From: Iphione sp. A-MEVVRFRX5
Lineage: Eukaryota
Assembly: GCA_976226885.1 (NCBI GenBank)
Contig: OZ320313.1
Location: 43,710,001 to 43,774,000 of the forward strand
DNA length: 64,000 nucleotides
Direction of reading: 5' to 3'
Shown: positions 1-62,963 of the stretch, piece by piece
How positions within the stretch are numbered: the first letter of the stretch is position 1
Layout: each line of letters starts with the position of its first letter
Translations under genes and position numbers: made by a program
The notes under the pieces: model-generated
Database searches by the model: none
Seen by the model: only the letters and a program-made list of their open reading frames with translations
What the model was told of the DNA's origin: nothing

Positions 1-49849
<49,849 letters not shown>

Positions 49850-49873
49850 TCATTATATACACATGTATATGCG

Positions 49874-49875
<2 letters not shown>

Positions 49876-49935
<60 letters not shown>

Positions 49936-49970
49936 ACTCTCAGTCTCAGTCTCTCACGCTCTCTCTCTCT
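49876..49970. repeat. (TC)~28 microsatellite with degenerate tail
   Basis: Perfect 49876-49931, then degenerate to 49970. Confidence 0.97.
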
Positions 49971-52588
49971 GTATAAATATATATAAAGCATCGTGTGTCT
50001 ACCACAAATAGATATACATGTTAATTTTTAAATAAATATAAGGGGTAATTTTCATCTTTATAATATTTTGTTGGCAAAAAGGACAACGTTCGTCTATCGT
50101 CCTAGATGATTCATATGCACATGACGATAGTACATGATTTCATTATCGTCCTTATCAGCTTATTTTGGCTTGGCGTTTCAATATGAAAGAACGTGCTTAA
50201 TTAAGACTATGGGACAGTGACTGAAACCAGATCGCATAAGCTTTATTGTGAGACCAGCATTGTTTTCAAGAGATAATGCAAGCAAATTAGAAGAATCTGT
50301 TTGTAATGAGGTAACTAGGAAGTAAAGCTATTGTCGCACATTGCCGTTCGACATGGCAAGTCGTAGCTTTCGAACGCTTTGCTTAATTGTTGAATGCTAG
50401 AAGAATCATATCGATGTCAACTAACATTTTTTAAATGACTACTGGAAAAATTTCTCGCACGCACACAAACAAATGAATTTGGCGATTGAGCTTTTTCCAG
50501 TCCAAAACAAAACCATGCACTCGTAAAAATATTTTATAGGTTGTAGCATTCACGCACACGATTATGGTTTGAGAAATCATGATCGGGAGACTTTTTAATG
50601 AACTATCTTTCTGACGCAATAACTTGGGAGGGGGGTTACTATTGCTCTCTCTATATATTTATATGAATATATATAGTTTTGATTAGTATTTGTCGTTTAG
50701 TACTTAATGGCATGAGTCTGCAATAGGTGCAATTCTCTCAACAAATATATTCCCAACAAGTGATAAGAACTTTTCGGATTAGCTGGGTAGGACTCATAAT
50801 CCTGATATGTGTGGTGCAGCAATAGAAAATAATCTCATTTAACACTGCCGGGGGAGTGTGTCATGTAAGACTCTGCAACCGGAGTGCCACTCAGTTGTTG
50901 GTTAGAGATAATAGCTGTCATGAAAAAAGTACCGCCATAGTTTATCCATAGTCATATATCCGATTGTGATAGGGCAAGTGATGTAGACCTTTATATTGTA
51001 TACATTGTATACATATTATCCTTGCGACTGGTAGTTTCCTTTCTTTGTTAATGAGAAAGCTTTCCTGAAAGGTATTGTCGGAAATGAATAAGATCCCAAA
51101 TCAGAATAAAAATAATAACGAGGTTTCTGGCGGTAAGCAATAAGGACCTCTGAAAACCAATTTAAAACAGATAAAGACAAAAATGCCAGAGACGTTTCAG
51201 CTGCGGCTAGAAGGCCTTCAAAATACGAGGCACTCCAGGATATGGATGTTGCCCATGTTCTCCAAATGCCAAAGGACTCCTACGCGCTAGAAAGTCGCCT
51301 TGTATATAAAGATGTGGGCACGAAAGTAGCTTAATCTGCCCTTCAGCAACGATTCACCCCCACAACCATGCAAATAGAACTGCTGCTGTTTGGCGTCAAT
51401 TAAAAGAAATGTACTCGTAAGTTTGGGAAGGAACAGAGGAAAGTGTCTTGGTGCCGGGAAGTCCATGTATGCACTATAAGTTTTAAAATATTAACATAAT
51501 GCACAGGGTATATATAGAAGGATATGTATAAAATGTATATTCATTGTTAACGGAACACAACGAAAAATACTCCTGGTCTATAATTGTGTTTCAGGTATGG
51601 ACAATTCCCAATTACTTAATGTTTATGCGGCCATAGAAAACATCATAAATCATACAGGGGGTGTGTGCACCAAACAATTTATACACAGAGATTACTGTCT
51701 TAAAATCATCGGGTCCGTTTTTGTAGCTGTGAACCTTTCAGGTACATTCCAGGATACAAATATTCGCCCCAAAACATACACGTCGCCCACATGCTGTATT
51801 TTCAGCCTAAGCAGACGTGCATGTCGACATCCAATGAAATTTATTAGTAGGATGTTGTTATTGTGCTGCTGGCTTCGCGGCTGGCTTCGTGGCACTCTTG
51901 GATGGAATGTCTCTTGCCTTTGGTGGTGGGAAGGCAAAAATACCATGGCACTGATTGCGAAATGTCAATGCTCTTTTGATGGTTGCGATTGGTATGTCAA
52001 ATGGGCTAATGCGTGGTGGCTGAAATATGCTATGTATTCTAAATAGAATGTATTAGCCAGCAGATTCATTGTTGCTGCTGATATCACATACTGAGATATT
52101 TTTGTGGGGTAGGATATTTTTTAAAAAGTAGATATATCTATTCTTTATGTACTGTATACATGGTATACATTACTCAATATACTCACACCAAGGCGAAAAT
52201 CTCCCCACATTCATTTGTGCAGGTTTTCCCTATAAAATTATTCGGGGGGGGGGGGGCTTCCTTGCTGCGAAGTATTATACCGACACCAGCTGCTGGAGCC
52301 GGACGGTAGCTTAGCAACCCTACACGGCCCTCCACCACGGCCTCTCGGCGACCGGTTGAGTATCGCTACCCCTCGACCCGCGCCCTTCCCCATCGCTCAC
52401 TGGTCGGCGGCCCCTCCGTCCGGCTGGGGGTATCACTGCTCTGGTCTGGGTCGGGTGTACAACATTACGGTGAGGTCAGTGAATTGATCAAACATTATTG
52501 GCCCCAGTCGGAACAGCGGCCGATTTTTACCATTTCAATGGTGGTGCGAACAAGGCGCACTCTATCAGCTGACAGGCCTCCTTCTTAC

Positions 52589-52660
52589 CTTGGAGGACTC
52601 CGGGGGTGCTAGGCGTAGGAGGGGGTAGGGGGGGGGTTGAGGTCTTGGTAAGAGAAACCT
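52589..52660 (-). other. candidate non-coding first (5' UTR) exon of sim; 5' boundary approximate
   Basis: Strong donor CCAAG|GTAAGA at 52588; C-rich, ATG-free sequence upstream; weak TATA-like TATAAT at 52692-52687. Confidence 0.35.
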
Positions 52661-54039
52661 ACTCCGTCACCTCAATTTAGTTGGTCATTATATGTGAAAG
52701 TCAACATTAATACATCCACAAGTAAAATATATAATGCAGTGCAGCAGTTAGGATTCGACTTCAGGACATCACTGAAACTAAGTGTATTTGCATTAAAGGC
52801 ATGCCAGCCTTTTAGCAGCGTGTCCCGACCGCTGACTTGCCAACTTTTGCTTGTTTGAAAATTACATCAGTTATGATCAGTGAAATATGGGATTCTCGTG
52901 CTGGCGTAGACCTCTGAAAGTGAGCACATCACATGGCTAGGCGTTGAATAATAAGCAGTGAAGTAATAGTTTATGGCAACCTCCCCAAGGAGCACATTTG
53001 CACACAATCAACGTACATATACAGAGGCGAATATATGTACAAAGGTGCACTTCCATGTGAGAAACCTCTCAGACAAGTCAAACAAGGAAACACCATTACT
53101 CCGAAGCTTTAAGAGCACACTTACACACTCTTGCTTTTATGTGTAAACTGCAGAAATTGACTATTGCCATTACCTAACTTTAGTGTTACAAGTTCATATG
53201 CGGCCAAAAGGCAAATACTTTATAGTTTTAATTGCCAGTGTCGATTTTGAACGCACTGTTTACGCGCTCGTTGGTGCTACATGTCAGACAACCTGGTTGT
53301 CGTCTGGGCTGGCTTTATGCGGGGAGAAACCATAGCTGTGACTATTGGCAGACATGTATACATTGTCGTGATAAAGAAAGGCCACTATCTGATACTGATA
53401 CCTCTCCAATTTTGCAGTATCAAACAACATAAGCTTATTTAAATGCAGATGTATGCGGCCAGATTTGGAACTGTATACCAAGAGATCCCAAATGCTTACT
53501 TCAACGCACTCCAAGTAATGGAGTGACAGATTTTTTTTGTTATGATAAAACTTCAACCGAAAAAAATCGATGTTTGCTATCAGGTGAGGAGGCTTCGTGA
53601 TACTTTTTATAGCAGATAATCAATACAATGCGAAGTCAGTGACTGGCGATTACGTCAATCTGACGAAGATACGACTATATCTGGGCACAGGCACAAAATA
53701 GGGACATATACGTGCAAATACACATATGTACATGTATATGCTTCCCTGAAGGTCAAATAAAAACGTGTATTCATATATAGATTTTGATGTCACGATTAAG
53801 TGAACAAAATTCAGTTGAATGGACTTCTACACACATTCAGACGCAGATGCATAGACAGAGCCGACAGCTGAACGAGTTTGCAGCATATAACTATTTCGCG
53901 CTATAAAAGTGTTTCCATTGAGACCAAAGAGTAGAATAATTCAACATGTTCATGTATGCACGTGTGTAGAATCTACTCTGGGAGACGTATATTAACTCGT
54001 GACCGGTCTGCGGGGTAGTCTCTCGGCTCCATATGTGGA

Positions 54040-54720
54040 CTTTCTCTCTCTGTGGTGGTAACAATGAGGTGCCCGGCCCATCAACATTCCATCGGCCAAT
54101 ATCTGAGGTGCGGAGCCGTCGTCGACGCGCGGCTAACCTCCCTTCTACGAACGTTGCCATCAGTAGCAGTACTTCGATCCATACTGCGTATAAAGCATGT
54201 GCACTTCCGCAGAGATCCCCATATATTTTTGTGGTCGGCTCTCGCCGAGTTCCGGGTAGTAAGAGGTGAACAGGGTAGAAGAAGTGGGCGGACTGGGAAA
54301 GCCTTGGGCCCAGTTGGTCCCGACCGCAAACAGATAGCATTAAGCTTGCGGTGGCACTGTCAACGGCGCCATGTTGTCCGACACTGGTAGAGCACACAGC
54401 GCCCAAGACGGAGGACACCGGCTCAGGTGACAGCACGCAAACGGCGCGGCCAGGGCCGACGGAGCACAGGAGGCCGAGCGCCGGGCTCAGCCCGGCCCCA
54501 GAGGCGCACCCCGGAGGCCCACTGTATCGAATTCCACGGCTAACACTAGTAGGCTCGCCCGGTAAATTTGTCCGCGATGCCGATCGATATACTCCCGGGC
54601 GAGGAGCGGCCCGGGCAGCGGCGGCGGCGGCGGTGGCTTAAGCGGAAAGGCATTTCCTCGCTCTCTGTGGCGGCAGATCGGGTTCGTCGAACTTGCGACA
54701 ACACTGTCCCAAACATCCAG
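54040..54720. promoter_or_regulatory. CpG-island-like block upstream of sim; putative promoter region
   Basis: CpG-rich; CCAAT at 54096-54100, TATAAA at 54189-54194, GGGCGG near 54286, (GCG)n run near 54618-54635. Confidence 0.45.
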
Positions 54721-56816
54721 CTCGCCCCTCCATTACATGCGCATCCCTCTGGATTTCAGTGTGAAAGGGTTTGTTTTCCTTCACACCTTGAGAAGTGACA
54801 GCCGTCCTTGAGGTTACCGACGATCGGCGTCAGTGCCAAAGTTGCTGCTGGCCGCGGGAAGCAACCGTTAAACAATGTCAGGATTTCCCATCGTGACCAG
54901 TAGTCGGAATATGATCGGAATCCTTGTGGGGAAATAATAATAACATTCTCTGGTGTCCCAATTCACGTGTTGCCTATAGATTCAACGAGCCCAATATCGT
55001 CAAAGAAAAAGGTAGCATATACATGAATATGTAGGCTGCATATTCCTTCATTTTTTCTGTTGGTAAGTATGTACAGCAAACATCTCGATAAATTCTGTAA
55101 TGTTGCGCTTAACGCAATAAATTAAACAAAATTAATTACACTCTAATTGTGGACATGACTACACTACAGATTAGAAAATAATGGGACGTCACTTGTGACC
55201 TATGTGCATGCATGTTCTCCAAATTTACAATGATTCGCCTGATGAGATCTCAATCATAAAAAGGTTTCCCTGTGAAAAAGGTGCGCTGGATATATTTTGC
55301 TGTGCTATATACATAAATACTTTCACTTTAGGACAAGTAGCAACCTCTCCAGAGGATACAGGTTAATTGTCTTTCAGGTTCTGTCTCTCATAGCAGCTGA
55401 GACGTGCCGTTGTTGGGTGGAACTAACTGGACTCAGACCCTGAGCTTCTTGAGGCAGCAGCACGGATCTGCCTCCAGGGAGGAGGCAACCGGCGACCGAC
55501 AGATCGGCAGGAAGGTGGAGGAGGGGCCGACAGTGGGGCATCTGGGGCGGGGGAAGGAGGCAAGTGAAGAGGAAGCACTCCCCCGGTCAGCATGAAAACA
55601 CAGCCCCTATAACACTTCCTCGAGGAGTTGGGGAAAGACAGGTCCCCTTCCCACTTCTTAGAGACTCCTCGTCCTGCCCCATATATGGCCACGCATGCAT
55701 TCACGAAAAGGCATTCTCTAGAGGTATTCTAAACCATATGGTTACTTACTAACTGTCCCCAGACAGGTATGTTGAAGCACTGTGGATTGTGTTTGACACC
55801 TTATCTACCGAGATGGCCAATACGGTTTGTATCCTTGTCAAAGGTTAGTACAGGATTAGCTATATCACGTGTTGAATATTTCAGTTGAATCGATATTTTT
55901 TACAGGAGGAATGTTATTCTTATCACAAACATCTCGATGATAGTGCATTCGGTAAGCATATGGAAATAGAACATCTAAATGGTTTACCATATTGTCACTC
56001 GTGTTCAGCTGACAATATGTGGAATGTGCTATCGTAATTTTATGTGTAGAGAGGGGGGAAAAGGCGTGATTCCTTTGCTGCAGAGAGTACAAGAGACATT
56101 TACCTTTGAAGTTCACCGAACCATAGCGATCGGGCGGGGAGAGAAGATGGTGCTTTGGAAACCCTGGATGGTGGCGTCCTGATTCATGGCCCTGCTAGCG
56201 TGCAGGAGCGGGCGAAAATGGCGCGCCGGTCGGTGGCCGCTGTCCACCGCCTTCTCGGCACGTCCAGGTGCGTGGTGAACAGGAGCTGACAGCCCCCACC
56301 CAACAGCTGATTACAACCAGGGCGAACCGGTCGCCTGGCGGTGCGACGGGGTCGCAGGGACAACAAGGCGACGACGCGATGTCTTTCCGGGCGCGGTCGC
56401 TGGAGATAAAACCGCTATCGAGATGGTCGACACTGTGGCGAGGTTACTTTTTTGGAGGCTTGCACATTGCTCTTATAGCAACAACATCGTGCCTGCTTGC
56501 TGCTGGAGCACAGTGACGGAGGCAGAGTGAGCGGCTTCCACAGACAGCCGCATCGTCCACCCCCACCTCTCGACCTCAGAGTCGGCGGCAACTGGCCGGA
56601 GCACGCCGCCGACTGATAACCCCGTACAGAAACAAACGCTGCTCTCCTCCTCCTTTCAGGCTCACGTCCGCGGAGAACCTCCTGGGTGAGATGTTGACGT
56701 CCTCTGGTATACAAGACTACTCCCACGTGGACGCCTATGGCTCTTACTCTCGTCTACAGTGCTCCGCCTCAGGCCCCACCCTGAGCGCGCCACACGGATC
56801 CTTTGTCGCTTCTTGA

Positions 56817-56906
56817 TGCGGCGGCAGTAATGATAGCGGTGGCGGCAGAGGTAGCGGCGGTTGCGTTGGTGGTGGTGGTGGTAGTGGCGGTGATGGTGGT
56901 GGTGGT
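56817..56906. repeat. degenerate (GGT/GGC)n trinucleotide tract
   Basis: gcggcggcagtaatgatagcggtggcggca...ggtggtggtggtggtagtggcggtgatggtggtggtggtg. Confidence 0.8.
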
Positions 56907-59900
56907 GCCACTCGCAGCGATGCTTGTGATGCGCTGGGAGCTGAGTGGAGGAAGCGGAGGAGGAGGAAGGGGGAGTCTTGGTTTGTTGCTGATGGTGGTT
57001 GATGCTGTTGGCAACCAGATCGCTCCCTCGGACAGCTCCTGGGACGGCTCTGAAGGTGACAGAGGTTGGAGGGAGGGGGGTGTGGGCAGGAGGGCGGGTA
57101 CTGCGGTGGAGACACTTGAGAGTTCGCCTTTTACGGCCGCTACTGTCAACACATGCTGGTGCGCGGCAGATTCTCGGCACTATCAATGGTTCCCGCGGAG
57201 GCAGGCCACAGTACCTGCGTCAGGTGAGACAAATCAAGGCACCGGTCTAATGTGTCCTGTGCGATGTGAATTAATTGGTCCAAAGCGATTATAATAATTG
57301 CGCCTGAGACTGCTCCCTTCACGTGCACCACGTAGACTTGCTACTGTGAAAGCCTTCGTCCCGGCCGCTTGTTGTTATCTAGGCTGCATCCGTTTTGGGG
57401 CCCAGTAGAGTTCTCTCCATGCCTGTTGGCGATTGGTACTGGAGCAGGCGTGGCAACGAGCAGCTTACTGCGACGTCCTCAGTGAGGATTTTTTGGTCAC
57501 TCGCCCGTTGAAATCCCCGTTAAAGTGACGGCGCATAATTTATTGGTAAGCGAAATGAGTTTGGAGACGACAGACGATGGCCGGAGAGAGTGCGAGGTGT
57601 GAGAACAAACAATGTGTGGGGTGGCACTATGGCTGTCCTGTCTATCACAGCAGCTGGGCACCAATGTGTTGCTTCTGATTGGCTGATCAGACAGGAAGGG
57701 GCCGGTCTATCAGGCATGCCAGGAGTGGACGGAATCAACGCTGGCGGGATATTACTTCAAGTTCAAGAATTCATTCATATAGTGACATTATACCAACCAG
57801 TTTCCTTGGAAATTAGAAGTCAATTTGGCAGATGACATTAAAAAAACACCGGAAGTAAAAGAAAGGATAGCCATCGCCATAAATGCCCATGTCCATAGCA
57901 GTATAATAGTTTTCGACTATAAAATCGACGAGATTAATTCTGAATAAACATCATAAATACACATAAAGCAACATGTAATCGCATTTTAATACCACCAATG
58001 GAAGTCAGAAGATGTCTTTCTCAAGGCGAAAGTGGATGGTACAGCCACTAAGACGTCACCCCCCAATTAAAACCAGAATCTCTATAGTGTATTACGCATA
58101 TTCGCAGCTGTGATAATGTGCATTACGTGTGGCCGCTGACCCTTAAGTGTAGGCTTAATGACCGTAAGTGTGCGGTTCTTATTAATTGTAAGTGGTGCTG
58201 CTGTATGAAGAGGCTGACCGCCAAACACAGCCTGCACGCCCCATTTAAGAGACACAAGGGGACGTAGAGCATTTAAGGGAAGCACTACAGTTCTGACTAG
58301 TGCTAGGGATAAGAGGATAAGGTACCTGCCTACCCTCCAGTCACTCGCTCTCAAACCCCACATCGCCCTTCGTCCGGCCCGAACTAAGGGCGTCTGGGGC
58401 GTGGCTGGGCGGTGACAAGGGAACTCCCACACCGCACCCGGGTTGTAACCCCTGCTGTTACAATATGTGTTCACAGCTCCGCCGAGCCTTGTTGATTTCG
58501 TGCCTGATCAGTTACTCAACAGAGCTGAGAATTATAAGCCCTCATCTCTAATTTCCCGCGAATAATGTAAAAATCACGATGGAAGTGACGACAGTGCTGT
58601 CTATTAAAGTGGAAATTACTGAAAGTTGCGGACGCATGAAATAATATCATTGTTTCTCACTTTATTATGCTGCTGTAGAAAAAAATCTCAGCGGCAGAAA
58701 CTTCTCGTGAGAGAGAAAAAGACATTTTTTTTCACAGGGTTATCACCAAAACATTCACATCTTTCTCCTTAAAATGCTTTACTATTTCCGAAATACATAT
58801 TTGGGTTGACTGATATACTTTTATATCAAGTAGTATGTATGGTTCAGTTGTGGCAACGAGCAGTGTGCGTATACATATATCCATGTATTCCCGACCAGGC
58901 AGCACGTGTCTACTGACAAGTGGCCGGGGGGGGGGGGGTCAGCTTCCCAGGTGTCGCCTTTACCAGCTAGGTCTCCACCTATGCAGGTCTCCTCTGTCCG
59001 CAGGGACGGGCTACGTTCGGAAGCCAGTGGGCGGCTTCCCTCTTCAGGTACTCTCAGACATCAAAGCAAACTCGAGGCTGTTTATTCCCAACAAGGACCG
59101 CTGGATCCTCCCACGTCGCCCTTGCCCCTCACTTGGTCGCCCTACGCCCACTCCGACCCCAGAGAGAGAGGAGACACAGATCTCCCGGAGAGGCATATTG
59201 GCAGCGGTCGGCCCCCGTGTGTGACTCAGAACACTGCAGCAAATTAAGAAGAAACGCCACCGCTGTCGCCCGTCGCGCACCCTTTGTTCTGGGCGCACTC
59301 TAAGATCTCTGCAAATGGCGTGGCCGCTGGTGCAGTCGTCCCGTCGCTTGGCCGGGGATGAGGAGATGAAAGAAGATTCAGCGGCAGCAGTCGCTGGCTT
59401 CATCGGCGATGAAGAAGGGCTTTACGACGAGGCCGCGCATCGCCCCGCAACGACGGGGGAGCAGCGCAGCGCACTGCCAGGACCTCAAGCGGGGACGGGG
59501 TGAACTACCCGTGGCAATGTCACATAAATCATTCCCTCTAACCTAGTGCCCAAACCAAAAATCTCCAAACATTCTTAAAGGGACAGAAGGTCTCTGGTTT
59601 GTTAAGCAGCTTCCCATTCTTAGGTCAGATTATTTAAAACCCCTCTCAGCATTGTACAGAGGACCGCGTAATATATCAAATGTTTTGTCCGACTTAGTTC
59701 TCACACATGCCTTTTGTATGTGGCGCATCAACATGTATGCATATACATGTACATACATATATAGGACAGCCATGACTTGAGGAATGCTATATATCTTATA
59801 CAACATGGTGGCAGTGATTCTGTCAATATTGCCATATCATGTCGCACCTAAGCGTCCTAAGATAGAGATTCATACCTTACTTTGGCTGTCATTGAAGTGA

Positions 59901-62410
59901 TATTGTTATACAGACTGGCGTGATCTAGTTATCTAGCCTAACTGATAAGTCGGACCTCAGGTCGATCCTATAGGCCTGTACAGTAGCTATGTTAATACGC
60001 AGTAGCAAATAATTTGCGTGTACAGTGTTTGTTATATTGATTTAAATATCTATGGAAAGTTCCCTTTAACTTTTCATTAATATTGGTACGCCCTATATAA
60101 ACGTCTCCCTTTTGCCAAGGCTTGGCCGCAATTCTTTTTCAAACGGCATTTGAACACAATGATAAGCATACTAATCTATGTAGTATACACGATTCTACTG
60201 AGAATCAAATCGTGGTTGGTATGACACGCCGGTGATATTAAGCAGGGATTTAAGGCGACCTTGCTGTCCTATTTGCCGTTAGCAAGGTTTTGTTTTACCA
60301 GGGCACGCCAAAAGATCAATGACCCCCCAAGACAAACACTCCTTGACACCTGCAGACAGTGAAAAACCAAATAAAGCTTTCCGCGGTGGGGATAAGATTG
60401 CCCCTGTGTCAAGGCGAGACGAAGAAGGGTACGAAAGGCCACGAGGAACTGACTGATTATAGGGGGGAAACACCGCCTCCAAACCGACTGTTTTCAACTG
60501 GTCGCGCTTCGGCCAATACTCGAAGCTCTCGCAAAACAAACTTGAACTAGGTTGGCCAAACAAGAGCTCATAAGAGAGAAAGGCAGGGAGAAGTTAAGCC
60601 AGCTATATCATATTCTGTGCCGGCTCCTTTTTGCCTCTTGTCTTCTTTGGTGCGCCTATGTTGGCTTTATTGTGAATAATTTCCCGTGGAAAGTCGGCTT
60701 TCTTTGATAGAATGGAGTGGCTTATGAAATCATTTTTATCCAATGTTTTCAAAATGTCACAGAGGCGATGCATCAACAAATGAATCACATTAATTGAGGA
60801 ATGGTCATTTTAAGATCCATGCTATGCTCTGCTAGTTTTTTACACTACAAACATCGATAAAATAAAGTTCAACGAGCCAAAATTTCTCTGTTTAAGCCGT
60901 CAGCTATTTTCTCTAGCAAAGAACATTTTTCAATTCGGTAGATATACACACATATATATATGATGTGTATATCCATGTATAAATGTGTTTAAGTTTCTAT
61001 GATGTTCCCTTTGTTGTATTTTTGCAAATTCGCCGATAGTGTTCTCAAGTATTATCAACCTTAAGTTGTCCTATAGTATACTCATTTACAACTTATGTTC
61101 TGCCTTAGGAAGAATATCAATAAGAATGTACCTCTGTCACGGGTGACCATTGGTGAGACCAGGCAGGTCACATCTTCTTCTGGTCGATACAGGGTCGTGA
61201 TGTCGGGAGGGTTCCCCTCGTCGGTAGCCTGTGGTCGGGCCAGACAGTCCGGCGCCCGTTAACTGATAGCTGGCTCTTGACGGCGACGCGCTGGCTAGCG
61301 CGACCTGAGCTCATGCTACAGTACGTCACAAATGTACATATACCTTATAACATCTACGCAATTCTTTATGTCTTCTGTAATTACTCCATGAAAGAAAACA
61401 CTTTAAAGAGCTCAGTTTCATCTTGCAAATTGTGGCCTGACAATGTATCACTGAGTCATTATTTCTAACTGGCGAAATCCACATGGAAATGGTCATGCAC
61501 ACATAAGCTGATTCATCTACATGTATTTCTAAATTCGCCTAGTGTTTTAGTGTGTGTTTTCAAGGATTTCCGGCAATAAATTTCAATGGTGTCTCAATAC
61601 TGAGCGATAAACAAATATTTTAACACCATCTTTTGTCCATTTCTCAAGAGAAGCGATGATGAAATTTCAATCTCATTAGATCTACACAATGCACATGCAT
61701 ACAAGTATTGCTTAGCACATTTAATTGTTTTGAGGTCAATTCATATAACACCGTCGTATGCCATATTGGCAAGATTGTTTTGCCGTGTTTATCAATGAGC
61801 CTATGACGGTTAAGTCTCAAGGTTTCGTAACATCAGTTGACATATTCTTGGAGTTGGACTTGTGAGAACGAGAATGAGCAGGAGACAATCATGAGATTGT
61901 GTGGAATAGTAGACTAGGAGGGAATCACCTGCCTCGGACGTTGTTCCCGTGACATACCTTTATATCCAAACAACTTGCAAACCTTATCGCTTTGCCAACA
62001 CAAGATTGGTGGCCCAGGTTAATCAAGATAAGGATTACTTGGGACATCTGAAAGTTACACTTGAAAGATGCCGTCGCCACTGCTTTCTATGCAGTGCGCA
62101 TTTGTTGAGTACTTTATGGTTGACGTAAAGGGCGAGCATTCCGCTGGGTGTGGGAAAGAAAGAGATAGCACAGTGTCTCTGAGTGAATTAAACATCCTCA
62201 TATCAAAAGTCTTAGTCCAAATCAGGACAGGTGCGTCTCGGATGGGCCAACATTTGGCGCCTTTTTGTTTGTAAAGGCTCTGTGTAATGTAACGAGTGGC
62301 CCCAGTAGTCTTTTCAAGGATCAGGAAAAAGTGGCAAACCTGGCATTGGTCTCGGCTGATATGGAATGATTTCTTAGTCCAACTTTCACAGCGTGGATAA
62401 TAAAGCACTA

Positions 62411-62963
62411 GGTCCAATTTCCTTATCTGCGTTTGTGCATGTGTGAATTGGGGTGTGTTCGGTGTCTGTTGTTCATTACCAAACATGTCCAACAATTTCA
62501 CGCGCAAATGCATCAATACAAGGGTAGTAAAGTAGGATGGAGGATTTGACTATGTTTATGCACATTTTATACAATGTTTTCTGTTAATTTCCATACTTAT
62601 CTGCATACATCCACGCAAATTTGCCATTTTTCTGATCTTTTCCATCAATTTCACCGTTTGTCCCTGCTTTACTCATTCAATTCAGTGATCTTCATACTTT
62701 TCCTATCAAGTTTGCCAGTTTCTTTGTCAGATTCCTCAATTTTCATAGTTTTCCCATGAATTTCACCAGTTTTCACTGCTCTTATGATTAAATTTATCAA
62801 TTTTCATTCTTTTCCCTGTCAATTTTCCCAGTTTCCCATCCGGTTTCCCACAGGTATAGGAATCAGGTCTGTACAAACCGGTGGGAAAACTGTCACTCAA
62901 GTTAGTGGATGAAAAATGCACACACATGGGAATACATGCAAATACAGGTATGGAAACCGGGCC
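62411..62963. mobile_element. degenerate PIF/Harbinger-like MITE, 553 bp (copy 5)
   Basis: Left GGTCCAATTTCCTTATCTGCGTTTG versus reverse complement of right end GGCCCGGTTTCCATACCTGTATTTG (18/25); flanks CTA and TTA; T/C-rich subrepeat interior. Confidence 0.65.
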
